Below are positions 32,538-42,856 of a DNA stretch of 64,000 nt, piece after piece; positions within the stretch are counted from its first letter, which is position 1; every line of letters starts with the position of its first letter. Below the pieces are notes generated by a model. The model was not told the origin of the DNA, made no database searches, and worked only from the letters and a program-made list of their open reading frames with translations. This DNA comes from Chlorokybus atmophyticus. Taxonomy: Eukaryota; Plantae; Mesostigma and Chlorokybus algae. The stretch is from contig RHPI01002090.1 in NCBI GenBank assembly GCA_009103225.1, forward strand, positions 1,473,932-1,537,931, in the 5' to 3' direction. The translations under genes were made by a program, and so were the position numbers.

Positions 32538-35500
32538 TTAAACCCGACCGTCAGAACGGTACGGTTTCAGTACACTCACATGAAACACATTGTGAATACG
32601 TATCGATTTTGGCAAGTTCAAACGATACGCGTGAGTGCCGACCCGATCAATCACTTTAAACGGGCCTATCCAGCGAGGGAAAAACTTGCGGGTACCCACT
32701 CCCTTGATGGATATGTTTTTGGTGCTGAGAAGCATCGAACAGCCCACAACGTAGTTGGCCTCTCTATGCGCATCAGCATGGGCTTTTTGTCTATCTTGCG
32801 CTGCGCGCAAACAGTCCTTTGCCAATGCTAACCTATCCTGCATGGCCGAAGCCATCTCGCGCGCTGCAGGTACGCGAGTTATGTCGGTAGCAGGCAATTT
32901 AATATTGGACTCAGTGGATGCACTCCATAATTCAAGGAAAACGGAGTTTCCTGCACAATCTCTTGCCATGCATTGTTAATCGCGAACTCAGCCATTGGGA
33001 GATAAACATCCCCAATCAGATTGGTTCGGACTCACGTCGTGCCGGATGGTTTCCTCAATCACTTGATTGGCGCGCTCTGTCTGACCATCCGTCTGTGGAT
33101 GGTAAGCTGTGCTCATGTTCTGCTGAATATGTCAAAAGCTGCATAGCGACTTTCAGAACTGAGCTACAAATTGCGGATCGCGATCAGACACGAAGTTACG
33201 AGGCAAGCCATGTAACTTAAACACAGAGGCGACAAAAACCATCGCTAATTCACAGGAGCCTATTTCTGTGCGGCAAGGGACAATGTGAACCATTTTTGTT
33301 AAACGATCCACAAAAACTGCAACCGAAGTGTGCCCTAATGCTGCCTCCGGGAGCTCAGTAAATAGGTCCATACTCACACTTTCCCACTCGCCATCAGGAA
33401 CAGGCAAAGGTCGCAGCAACCAAGCGGGTTTCTGACGTAACGGCTTGTCACGCTGTCATTTGTCACATGTGTCAACATAACGCTTCACGTCAACAGGCAA
33501 CGATGACCACCAGTACAACTGTTGCACTGCCTTAGTAGTCTTGCGACCGCCAAAGTGCCCAGCATACGGTGGATCGTGTACTTCAGCTATGCATTTTATG
33601 CGCAACCCAGCATGGTCAGGTATCACCAAGCTGGCGCCCATATAATACAAGTTGTCTCTTTTGTCAAGCTGTTGTACATTTTGTTGTACAGAGAACCATG
33701 GGTCTAATGCATACCCCTGTAAAACAGCTTGCACAAACTCATCATCAGGAGGCAATGAACCCTGCGTTGCAAGCAACTGCGCGCGCATAACNNNNNNNNN
33801 NAGGTTGAACCCGACCGTCAGAACAGTACGGTTTCAGTACACTCACATGAAACACATAATGAATACGTATCGATTATGGCAATTTCAAACGATACGCGTA
33901 AGTGCCGACCCGATCAATCACTTTAAACGGGCCTATCCAGCGAGGGAAAAACTTGCGGGTACCCACTCCCTTGATGGATATGTTTTTGGTGCTGAGAAGC
34001 ATCGAACAGCCCACAACGTAGTTGGCCTCTCTATGCGCATCAGCATGGGCTTTTTGTCTATCTTGCGCTGCGCGCAAACAGTCCTTTGCCAATGCTAACC
34101 TATCCTGCATGGCCGAAGCCATCTCGCGCGCTGCAGGTACGCGAGTTATGTCGGTAGCAGGCAATTTAATATTGGACTCAGTGGATGCACTCCATAATTC
34201 AAGGAAAACGGAGTTTCCTGCACAATCTCTTGCCATGCATTGTTAATCGCGAACTCAGCCATTGGGAGATAAACATCCCCAATCAGATTGGTTCGGACTC
34301 ACGTCGTGCCGGATGGTTTCCTCAATCACTTGATTGGCGCGCTCTGTCTGACCATCCGTCTGTGGATGGTAAGCTGTGCTCATGTTCTGCTGAATATGTC
34401 AAAAGCTGCATAGCGACTTTCAGAACTGAGCTACAAATTGCGGATCGCGATCAGACACGAAGTTACGAGGCAAGCCATGTAACTTAAACACAGAGGCGAC
34501 AAAAACCATCGCTAATTCACAGGAGCCTATTTCTGTGCGGCAAGGGACAATGTGAACCATTTTTGTTAAACGATCCACAAAAACTGCAACCGAAGTGTGC
34601 CCTAATGCTGCCTCCGGGAGCTCAGTAAATAGGTCCATACTCACACTTTCCCACTCGCCATCAGGAACAGGCAAAGGTCGCAGCAACCAAGCGGGTTTCT
34701 GACGTAACGGCTTGTCACGCTGTCATTTGTCACATGTGTCAACATAACGCTTCACGTCAACAGGCAACGATGACCACCAGTACAACTGTTGCACTGCCTT
34801 AGTAGTCTTGCGACCGCCAAAGTGCCCAGCATACGGTGGATCGTGTACTTCAGCTATGCATTTTATGCGCAACCCAGCATGGTCAGGTATCACCAAGCTG
34901 GCGCCCATATAATACAAGTTGTCTCTTTTGTCAAGCTGTTGTACATTTTGTTGTACAGAGAACCATGGGTCTAATGCATACCCCTGTAAAACAGCTTGCA
35001 CAAACTCATCATCAGGAGGCAATGAACCCTGCGTTGCAAGCAACTGCGCGCGCATAACTGCCAACAATGACGGACAGCGACTCAGAGGATCTGCCACGTT
35101 GGTCCTGCCCGACCGGTATACCCATTTAAAGATAAATCGCGACAAGAACTCATTCCAGCGAGCCTGCCTACGCGACAAGTTTAGCTGTGTTGAGAAGTAC
35201 ACCAACTGGTTGTGATCAGTCACCACTGTGAACTGAACTCCCTCCAAGTAACATCGCCATGTTTCAAGAGCATGCACTATACCAAGCAATTTCTGCTCAG
35301 TGGTAGTGTAGTTCACCTCTGCTGGAATGAATTTCCTACTCTCATAAGCACATGGTCGGCCGTCCTGTAGCAATACTGCACCACACCCAAGGGTGGAGGC
35401 ATCGCTAATCACAGTGAAGTGTTTATCCCAAAGAGGCAATGCCAATACTGGTGCCGAAGTCAAAGCCAGCTTCACTTGTTGCATAGCAGCTTCTTGTGCT

Positions 35501-36930
35501 GCTGTTCAAGAGAATGGGGCATCCCTTCGCAACAGTTTTGTCAAAGGCACCACAACTGTAGAGTACCCCGTCATAAGCTTGCGAAAGTAGTTTGCCAACC
35601 CCAAGAATGATCGCAATTGATGGATATTCTTAGGTTGAGGCCAATCTTTTACCACTTGCACTTTGCGAGGGTCAGGTTTGACACCCGCACCACTCACAAT
35701 ATGCCCTAAGAATGGCAACACTGTTTTGCAAAAGTCACACTTTGACAAGTTGGCAAACAAGCGATGTGTACGCAGCAAGGCGAACACCGCTTCCAAGTGC
35801 TGCTTATGCCCTTCCTTGCTTTTACTAAAGACAATGATGTCATCCAAGTAACCCATAACATACTTACCAAGTATGCCACCAAAAATCTTATTCATTTCCT
35901 TCTGAAACACTGCGGGCGCATTAGTCAATCCAAAAGATAACACTTTGTATTGATAATGGCCCGAAGGTGTTCTGAATGTTGTCTTGTAAACATCAGAAGG
36001 ATGAATTCGGATTTGATGATAACCACTTGTCAAGTCCAACGTATTAAAGTACGCATTTCCCGACAGTTTATCAAACACATCATCAATCCGTAGCAACGGG
36101 TATTGATTCTTTACCGTGATTTTGTTCAAAGCACGGTAATCCACACACATGCGCAGCTTTCCATTCTTTTTCATCACAAACAAGATGGGCGCGCCAAAGG
36201 GTGAAGAACTCGGTTCAATTAATCCCTTTTCCAATAACTCTTTGATTTGAGTTTCCATTTCCCCCCTCTCTCGGGGGCTCAGCCTATATATAGGCCGAAA
36301 CGGAGGCTCACTATTAAAAATAAGTGGTATTGTGTGTCCGACACCTCGATCAGGAGGTAAGCCTGGCAACTCTTCTGAGAACACATCTTGATATTTCTCA
36401 ATGATGTCTGCAACACCTTCTGTATTTCCCAGCACAAAGTCGTCCGACGACGTCAAGTGTACCAGAAAAGCCGGTGTGTTTTTGCGCAACGCACGTTTCA
36501 CTTGCAGTGCAGTGAGTAGCGCTGGGTCGGGTTGCTTGTGGTCCAAGCTATGTGACCCTTTCACAGACAATGTTACACGCTTACGACCTTTCTTTACTAT
36601 GCACAAGCGTGCCCCAGTATCCAATGTCATTTTCACATTCTCCTGCCATTCCTGTCATAATACCACATCAACACCTGATATGTCGATGGATACCACTATG
36701 AAAGTAAGAGTGGCATGATAATTACCAATCTTTATTTTCATTTTTATTTCCCCTTTCACTGGCAACGCACCCCCCGCACTGGCAGCTGAAAATGCAGAGG
36801 GTTTACACGCTATCTTGTTGCGCACAACCCATTGTTCCTCAACGAAATTGTGTTGCACCAGTGTCAATCAAGAACGAACTATTCACCCCATGCATTGTGC
36901 CACTGAATGTCCACAACATAGGTACTACCC
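32538..36930 (-). pseudogene. Gypsy pol remnant: aspartic protease, reverse transcriptase, RNase H, integrase
   Basis: FLIDTGAT (protease); LRMCVDYRALNK, GYLDDIIVFS (RT); SDASTLGCGAVL, TDHNQL (RNase H); [51 protein letters not shown] (integrase). Stop at 35506-35508 and frameshifts present; the integrase part is duplicated around a 10-N gap. Confidence 0.95.
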
Positions 36931-37339
36931 GTCCTTGAAATGTAGCCAAGAGTCCGTGACTAATGCGAGGGTTGAGTAAAATTGCGGACAATCGCACTGT
37001 CCCTGTTTCACGCTTGTTAAATTGCTTCAACACAGTTCCCCCTCGAGTGTGTTTTAACCATGGGCCATGATATTTAGGCACCATCACTACCAAACTTAAG
37101 GTTCTGTGCTTACTTTGCAACTTGGTCAAAGTGTGCAACACATCGGTAAGCATGTTAAACTCCACATGTACCAACACACAAGCATTCTCTTCCACCTTTT
37201 CAACATCAAAAAATGGCAATTTGTTATGTGCTTGCCATGCATGCGTCATTACATGCACTTGGGACAGCTCATCAAACCAGTTTGCCACTAGTACAAGCAA
37301 CTGGTCATCAACCACTCCTACATCAGTCACGGCGTATTC

Positions 37340-38179
37340 CTATTCAACCTTCTTGGCCTTGCCCTTCCCCTTGGTTGGGCAATTCTTTGCGATGTGGCCA
37401 GGCTGATGACAGACGTAACAGATGCGAGACGCAGCAGGTATGTTACCACCAGCAGGTGCGCCACTGGTAGAAGCACCAAATGTCTTCGCCTTCTTTGCCA
37501 GGTGTGCACTCGGATGAGAGAAACGCTTTCCTCCCACCCCCAGCGGCTTGGCCGAAACTGCCACATGTGACTTGTCCTGCACCGTCGTGTCATCATTGTA
37601 CAGGTACACGCTCAGCTTCTGCAGCTTGGCCAAGTCCTCTGGAACCCAAGGAAGTCCCGTTGCCGTGTTGTACTGCAGCTGATCACGCACACGCGCATCC
37701 AAGCCGCGCTTGTACAACTCAAACTGCTCGGCCTTGTCCATGGGCATGAGGCCGCTGTTCGCACGACCCACGAATGCCTGAAACTCCTGCAGATAGGTTG
37801 AGGCCGCCCGACCATTCTGGCGCAACTTGCTGAGCTTGTTGCGAGCCTGAGTAGCCGGGTCCATGCCACCATAACGTTCCATCAGGAACTGAAAAAGTGC
37901 CTCCACTGTCTTGGCAGCACCATCTGTCTGCCTCGCCCATTCGGCGAGAGCATCGGATGGCATGAGCAACTCAGCAACAGCAATGTGCTCATTAACCGGG
38001 CGCTTGAGTGCCGTCAAGTAGTGCTCGACAATGACCACCCAGCCATAAATGCTGACGCTGCCGTTAGGCTTGAACTTCTCAGGCTTGTTCAGAGCTGTCA
38101 CCGGCAGACCTGCTGATGCCCCAGCTGCCGAAGCAGCACCTGCCACCTGTTGGCGCAGCGCCACCAACTCAGCCTGCAT
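37340..38179 (-). CDS. gag: Gypsy Gag with CX2CX4HX4C zinc knuckle
   Basis: LNKPEKF, QARNKLSKLRQNGRAASTYLQEF, YKRGLDARVR, CYVCHQPGHIAKNC. Confidence 0.9.
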   Translation of the reverse strand: MQAELVALRQQVAGAASAAGASAGLPVTALNKPEKFKPNGSVSIYGWVVIVEHYLTALKRPVNEHIAVAELLMPSDALAEWARQTDGAAKTVEALFQFLMERYGGMDPATQARNKLSKLRQNGRAASTYLQEFQAFVGRANSGLMPMDKAEQFELYKRGLDARVRDQLQYNTATGLPWVPEDLAKLQKLSVYLYNDDTTVQDKSHVAVSAKPLGVGGKRFSHPSAHLAKKAKTFGASTSGAPAGGNIPAASRICYVCHQPGHIAKNCPTKGKGKAKKVE

Positions 38180-39612
38180 GGCATCGAGGCGTGCCGTTAA
38201 ACTGCACTCGGCCAGTCAACTTGTCTTCAAAGTTAGGTCCCAAGTACCAGAACACATCCTTGCCACGCTACGAGGTTTCCACTCCCAAGTTGGCCAAAGC
38301 CTCGAACGCCATTCGCTTGCCTTGGTAAGGGAGCGGCTTATCATATACGGCCATGATAGCTGCCACCTTTGGATCACCTCGCACGAGTGGCGGGATGTTG
38401 TTCGTCAGCTCATGTTCGAGCATGCGGATCACCATCTCCTTGCTTGCACGAGGGAGTGTGGCAAAGTCTGTCTCATAGCCATCACGAACCGTCTGCGCCC
38501 ATGCTCCCACGTTTCCTGACGAAGCCGAGGGTGGGCAGCAAGCAGAGCTTTACGCTCTTCTGCATACTTCTCAATGGCCCCGCCAATGACACTGTGAGTG
38601 TCCACTGCAGCTGGTGCACTCTGAGAAGACTGGTTGGGAGAAGCTTCGCTGTCTTGCTTAGCTCCTTCCTTCTCACTGTCAGTAAGCTTATAGCTTTCAC
38701 TCGTATCAGAGTAGTTCACTTCCTCTTCACTCGATGGCTCATACGATGTGGACTTCTCCACATCATCCCCTCCTTGGTCAGACATCTGCGCAAGAATACA
38801 AGCCGTCAATAGTAGAAGTGTGCAAGTGCACAAAACACCCAAGTTGTGCACTGCAAAAGTGTCAAAATCTATGGATTTTGTCTCGTCAAGTGCTTAACGT
38901 GGAGTATTCATCTCAAACAAGAGCTCTCCACACACCTTTCAACTAGACACTCAAGTTGAAACAAACCGCACGCGAATCCACGCGGCGGTTCACAAGTTAC
39001 AACTTGTCAAAGTTTTCACTTTGTACAACTCAGCTTAACCCACAATTGCAATTGACACACAGGGTGCCAAAATCTCGTTGAGTCCAACCCTATAAGCTGA
39101 TATCAACGAGTTGTGAGTTGTGACTTTGATATCGGCCGCGCAGAATGACTTTGGCGGCCTCACCGCACTGACTGGCGGTAACGGCAGCCGATGTTGCCAC
39201 CGGACTGCCTCACAAGGGTTGGATTTGTGATACAGTTTCACACCCTTTACACCACCACGAATCCACGTGGTGGCAAGCACACAAGCACAAGCACAGTATG
39301 TTATCACATTATAATGTGATTACAAGTGATGTGCTGAGCATGCAATGCTTGGGGGGGGCTGCCTAAGTGGCCGCCTCCCCTTCACGCAAGCTAACAAGCC
39401 TGGCTAGGCAAGGCAGGGCAAGGCAAGCAAAACTAGGCTAAGCTAGGCTAAGCACCAGCAGCAACTATAACTACTATAACGACAACAACGACAACAACAA
39501 CAACTAGCTAACAACTATCACTACCCACCCTAGTGGGTAGCGCTAGCTGCCGCCTGCCGTCGCAGTCGCTGCCGCCTGCCGCCGCCCCTCCCACAAGCCC
39601 CTCGCCGCCCGC

Positions 39613-39624
39613 GCTCCGATACCA
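39613..39624 (-). other. Primer binding site, tRNA-iMet type
   Basis: Minus-strand TGGTATCGGAGC one base inside the 5' LTR boundary; the canonical iMet PBS is TGGTATCAGAGC. Confidence 0.9.
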
Positions 39625-39625
39625 A

Positions 39626-39933
39626 TGTAAGAGAGGGGTGCCTCCCTCCTCCCTTTAATCCCCTACCCCAACACCACCACCAGCCACCACGCCCACGCCG
39701 CCGCCGCCAGGGGGAACTGCCGAAGCAGAAGATCCCCTGGCCATGCGGCTGATATCGACATGAAACTCATGTCTCATGTCGATATCAGTGTTACAGATAA
39801 ATAACACTACATTAGGGTTTTAACATAAGTTAACGGTCCTAATATGGCTTAATAGGCTGTATAATCCCGTTGGGACCCTTATTTTATCCTAAATAAGGGC
39901 GGGGAACCTCTATGGAGGTAGCACACCGTTACA
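39626..39933 (-). repeat. 5' LTR (308 bp)
   Basis: Direct repeat of 31854-32190, lacking 29 bp. Confidence 0.97.
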
Positions 39934-41432
39934 TATATGCACATCCAAACACTTGATTTGCATGCTAAGTGTGTAATAATGATATACGTAATCATCATTT
40001 AATGATTATGTTATGATCCCACTACTATTGTTATGATGTGTTTCATGATGCTACGACTGTTTTTACAATGCGCACAAATTGTATAAATGGGAATTTGTAC
40101 AAGGGTTGACATGAAAATTCCAACAACAACATTATTATGTGTGCTTGATCTCGCATTTGCAAGGTAAAATATATAGTTAAGATTGCAAAGTGGTTAAAAA
40201 GGCTACAGTAGTTATTGTCACACGTAAAAACATGAGAGCGCACAACACTACGCTAGTCTACCAAACTCTTTCAAGCTCTACACAACTGTTAGGTTCATCC
40301 GTCTTTTCGCGATCATGAGCAGTTTTCATAATTGAGCGTAAGTAGCTTCTTGTTTATACACGCCAAAACGCCATCAAGATGTTGTGATGTAGATGACTTT
40401 ATGGTGACTACGTATTCAATTCTACAGATGCTCATAATTATGACGCTGCGTCGTAAAATACAAATCGAAAATAACCGTCTCGAGACCATCAATATGCTAA
40501 AAAGCTGCAACTTGCAGGAGCGGGTTCGTACATGCATATGTACAAGTATCGTAGCGAAAAGGAGCCGTGCAACATTATTGATCAGCCAAAATGTTAATAA
40601 AAGGCTAGCTCTGTACAAATACCGTGATGAAAACGAAACGATACACTCGTTGCCGATTGATGAGCTGTAGTCGAAAGCAAGGACATGTTTATCTTATGCT
40701 CCTACTGCACCTATACTTTTTGCATCCTTCACATTTCATGTGACACGATGTTTATGAAAGAAGTCGAGAACATGTTTTCACTGCAACCGTTTTTATGAAA
40801 CAGCCGTGACAGCTTTCGTAGCGTCCATCGATTTATTTATGCCAAAAACAATTAACTCGAGCTCTGTTTGAGTTTCAACTTTGTAGCTTTGGTTGAACTC
40901 CGTTAGGGTTTAAGATTGTCCCATGCATACATATGTAATATGACATTGGATAATACTACACCAGCATGCCTGTATTTTAGATCTACCTGTGGGCTATTTC
41001 GACGAGTCACTACTTTGGAGGGGAGCACACTTTTCAGAATTGATCACTGTACACAACGATCACGTGCAGTCTACCCCCGCTAAGAGACTTTGGAGCGAAG
41101 TCTCTTAGCGGGGGTAAGAGAGTAACCTCGCTAATAGCATAGAGAATGAGATTACCGACCGGAACATTGACAAATGCTGGTGCCTAAGAGAATATTGTTG
41201 ACCGCATAGATCATATTTTAACTTTATGTCATTCTCGCAAGTTGTAGCGAGCAATATTCTAAGGTCGAAGGAGTAGCGCGTGACCGATGTGACATAAGGC
41301 GTAACGCGCGTGATTAGCAGGCCATGATGGATAAGTTGTGACGTACACTTGACGTGACGAGCGCGATGGCGCAATTAGCGTAACATAATATGCACGACGT
41401 TATACGCGTGACGCAATAGGCGCGCTTATAGC

Positions 41433-41538
41433 ATGTTGCTGCTCGTGACACCCAAGAGCATAGTATGCTCTTGGACGTCAAGAGAATGTTGCTGCTCGTG
41501 ACACCCAAGAGCATAGTATGCTCTTGGACGTCAAGAGA
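41433..41538. repeat. Perfect 2 x 53-bp tandem duplication with an internal hairpin
   Basis: ATGTTGCTGCTCGTGACACCCAAGAGCATAGTATGCTCTTGGACGTCAAGAGA at 41433-41485 and 41486-41538. Confidence 0.95.
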
Positions 41539-41580
41539 ATTACCCCCCCAAGAGCACACGATAGCGGAGGATAAATAGTA

Positions 41581-42049
41581 CAGTCTACCCCCGTTAAAAG
41601 ACTTCGCCTTAAGGGAATAACCCCGTTAGGATTATCGTTTTGCAAAAAAACCAATCGTTTTACAGGTAAATATCTTCGGTTAGTGGAATAGTCTTGTACG
41701 TAATAAGGTTAAAGAGAAGGTTTGAAATTCTAAGTGGGTTCAGTCTTATAATGGGGGATACTTTGTTAACAGCATAGATATTTCGCTGATATCAGAATAA
41801 ACATCACCTTCAACAATAGAAGCCATGTATGATATTGTATAATATATACATACAATATGAATTTTATTTTTGCCACGTCAGCATATAATGACGTGGCTTA
41901 AGGTTATCAGTTAATACCCCCATTAACAAAATATATATATCCTTTAAACGGTAAAAGAATATATAATCTTATCAACGCCAAGAGTATAACCCCGTTGGTG
42001 GAATGAAAAGCTGAAGGATAAACGTGATTCTTGTAACGGGGGTAGACTG
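41581..42049. mobile_element. Non-autonomous Tc1/mariner-type MITE (469 bp)
   Basis: Perfect 16-bp TIRs CAGTCTACCCCCGTTA / TAACGGGGGTAGACTG, TA on both flanks (41579-41580, 42050-42051), AT-rich non-coding interior. Confidence 0.85.
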
Positions 42050-42154
42050 TATGCGCTTAAAGGGGTTAGACTGTAAAAGCTAGGGAGTTGTTGCGGGGGG
42101 CATTGTGTACGGGTAAGTAGTACCGGGACTCAGTCAGTACTGGTATAGCATTCA

Positions 42155-42234
42155 TGAGTGATGCATAGGCTGGTCAAACGGCTGGCCGACGGCGTGAGTG
42201 ATGCATAGGCTGGTCAAACGGCTGGCCGACGGCG
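42155..42234. repeat. Perfect 2 x 40-bp tandem duplication
   Basis: TGAGTGATGCATAGGCTGGTCAAACGGCTGGCCGACGGCG repeated twice. Confidence 0.95.
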
Positions 42235-42291
42235 TGCGGGATTCTTATCCCGCACATCTCGATGACAAAAGAGATCGGCGTTGAAGGTGTT

Positions 42292-42364
42292 CGCGCTACG
42301 CAGGGGTCGAACCTGCGACCTTCAGCTTAGGAAACTGACACTCTGTCCACTGAGTTAGTAGCGC
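42292..42364 (-). tRNA. tRNA-Arg(CCT), 73 nt, no intron
   Basis: Acceptor stem GCGCTAC/GTAGCGC, D arm ACTC/GAGT, anticodon stem TCAGT/GCTGA with loop TTCCTAA, T arm GCAGG-TTCGACC-CCTGC; TTTT follows ~20 nt downstream. Confidence 0.95.
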
Positions 42365-42856
42365 CGGTTGATGTCTGTCAGGCTTCCAATAAAAAGTATC
42401 ACTACAAACTATCACTACAACAATAACGATGTCAAGGAGGACGCAGAGGTCGCTGCACAGAGAGGCGCTGTCCTTCACTAGGCATACCTGTACCCGCGGT
42501 GGTTGTCGTCGCTGTCCTGGCGTCGCTGTCGCCACCGCGCCAGGAGAGAGTGATCAAGCGTCATTGGACTGACCTCACCACAGTCTGCCGCGCGACATCA
42601 GGCATGTTGTCAGACGGAACGGTTAGCTAGCTGGCCAGCGCAAGAGGCGAGCGTTTGCATGCGTGACTTTTGCTAACAGCGTTCCCCGGACAAATCTGCT
42701 ACTCAAACCCAGGCTGGTAGCAAGCACGGAGCAGTAAAGTTCTGCCCACCGTTGTGTGGAAGCGTTAGGTGATGCACTAGGCCAATAGTGTTGGCAGGAG
42801 CAGCAGTATAACAGAGAGGAAAAGCACTGCCTGTGTGTGTGTCTCCCTTTCTTCAA

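Larger units (their letters stand above)
31854..39933 (-). mobile_element. Ty3/Gypsy chromovirus LTR retrotransposon, full-length but inactivated
   Basis: Direct-repeat LTRs at 31854-32190 and 39626-39933, both TG...CA. TATAT TSD at 31849-31853 and 39934-39938. PBS TGGTATCGGAGC and polypurine tract in the correct positions. Domain order Gag-PR-RT-RH-IN-chromo, with several stops and frameshifts. Confidence 0.97.
41067..42073. mobile_element. Older, degenerate MITE-like element that appears to host the inner MITE
   Basis: Left end CAGTCTACCCCCGCTA at 41067 and degenerate right end TAAAGGGGTTAGACTG+TA at 42058-42075 resemble the inner element's TIRs. Confidence 0.55.

Noticed and set aside
41433-42234. 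Possible CRISPR-like array (palindromic 53-bp and 40-bp repeats)
   Set aside because: Only two directly adjacent units each, no spacers, no cas genes, and a eukaryotic context.
31854-42364. Ty3-like targeting of the retrotransposon to the tRNA gene
   Set aside because: The LTR is ~2.4 kb away and on the 3' side of the tRNA; Pol III-targeted insertions occur immediately upstream.
42296-42535. 79-aa minus-strand ORF with a hydrophobic stretch
   Set aside because: It runs through the tRNA-Arg gene, has no recognisable family and no splice support.
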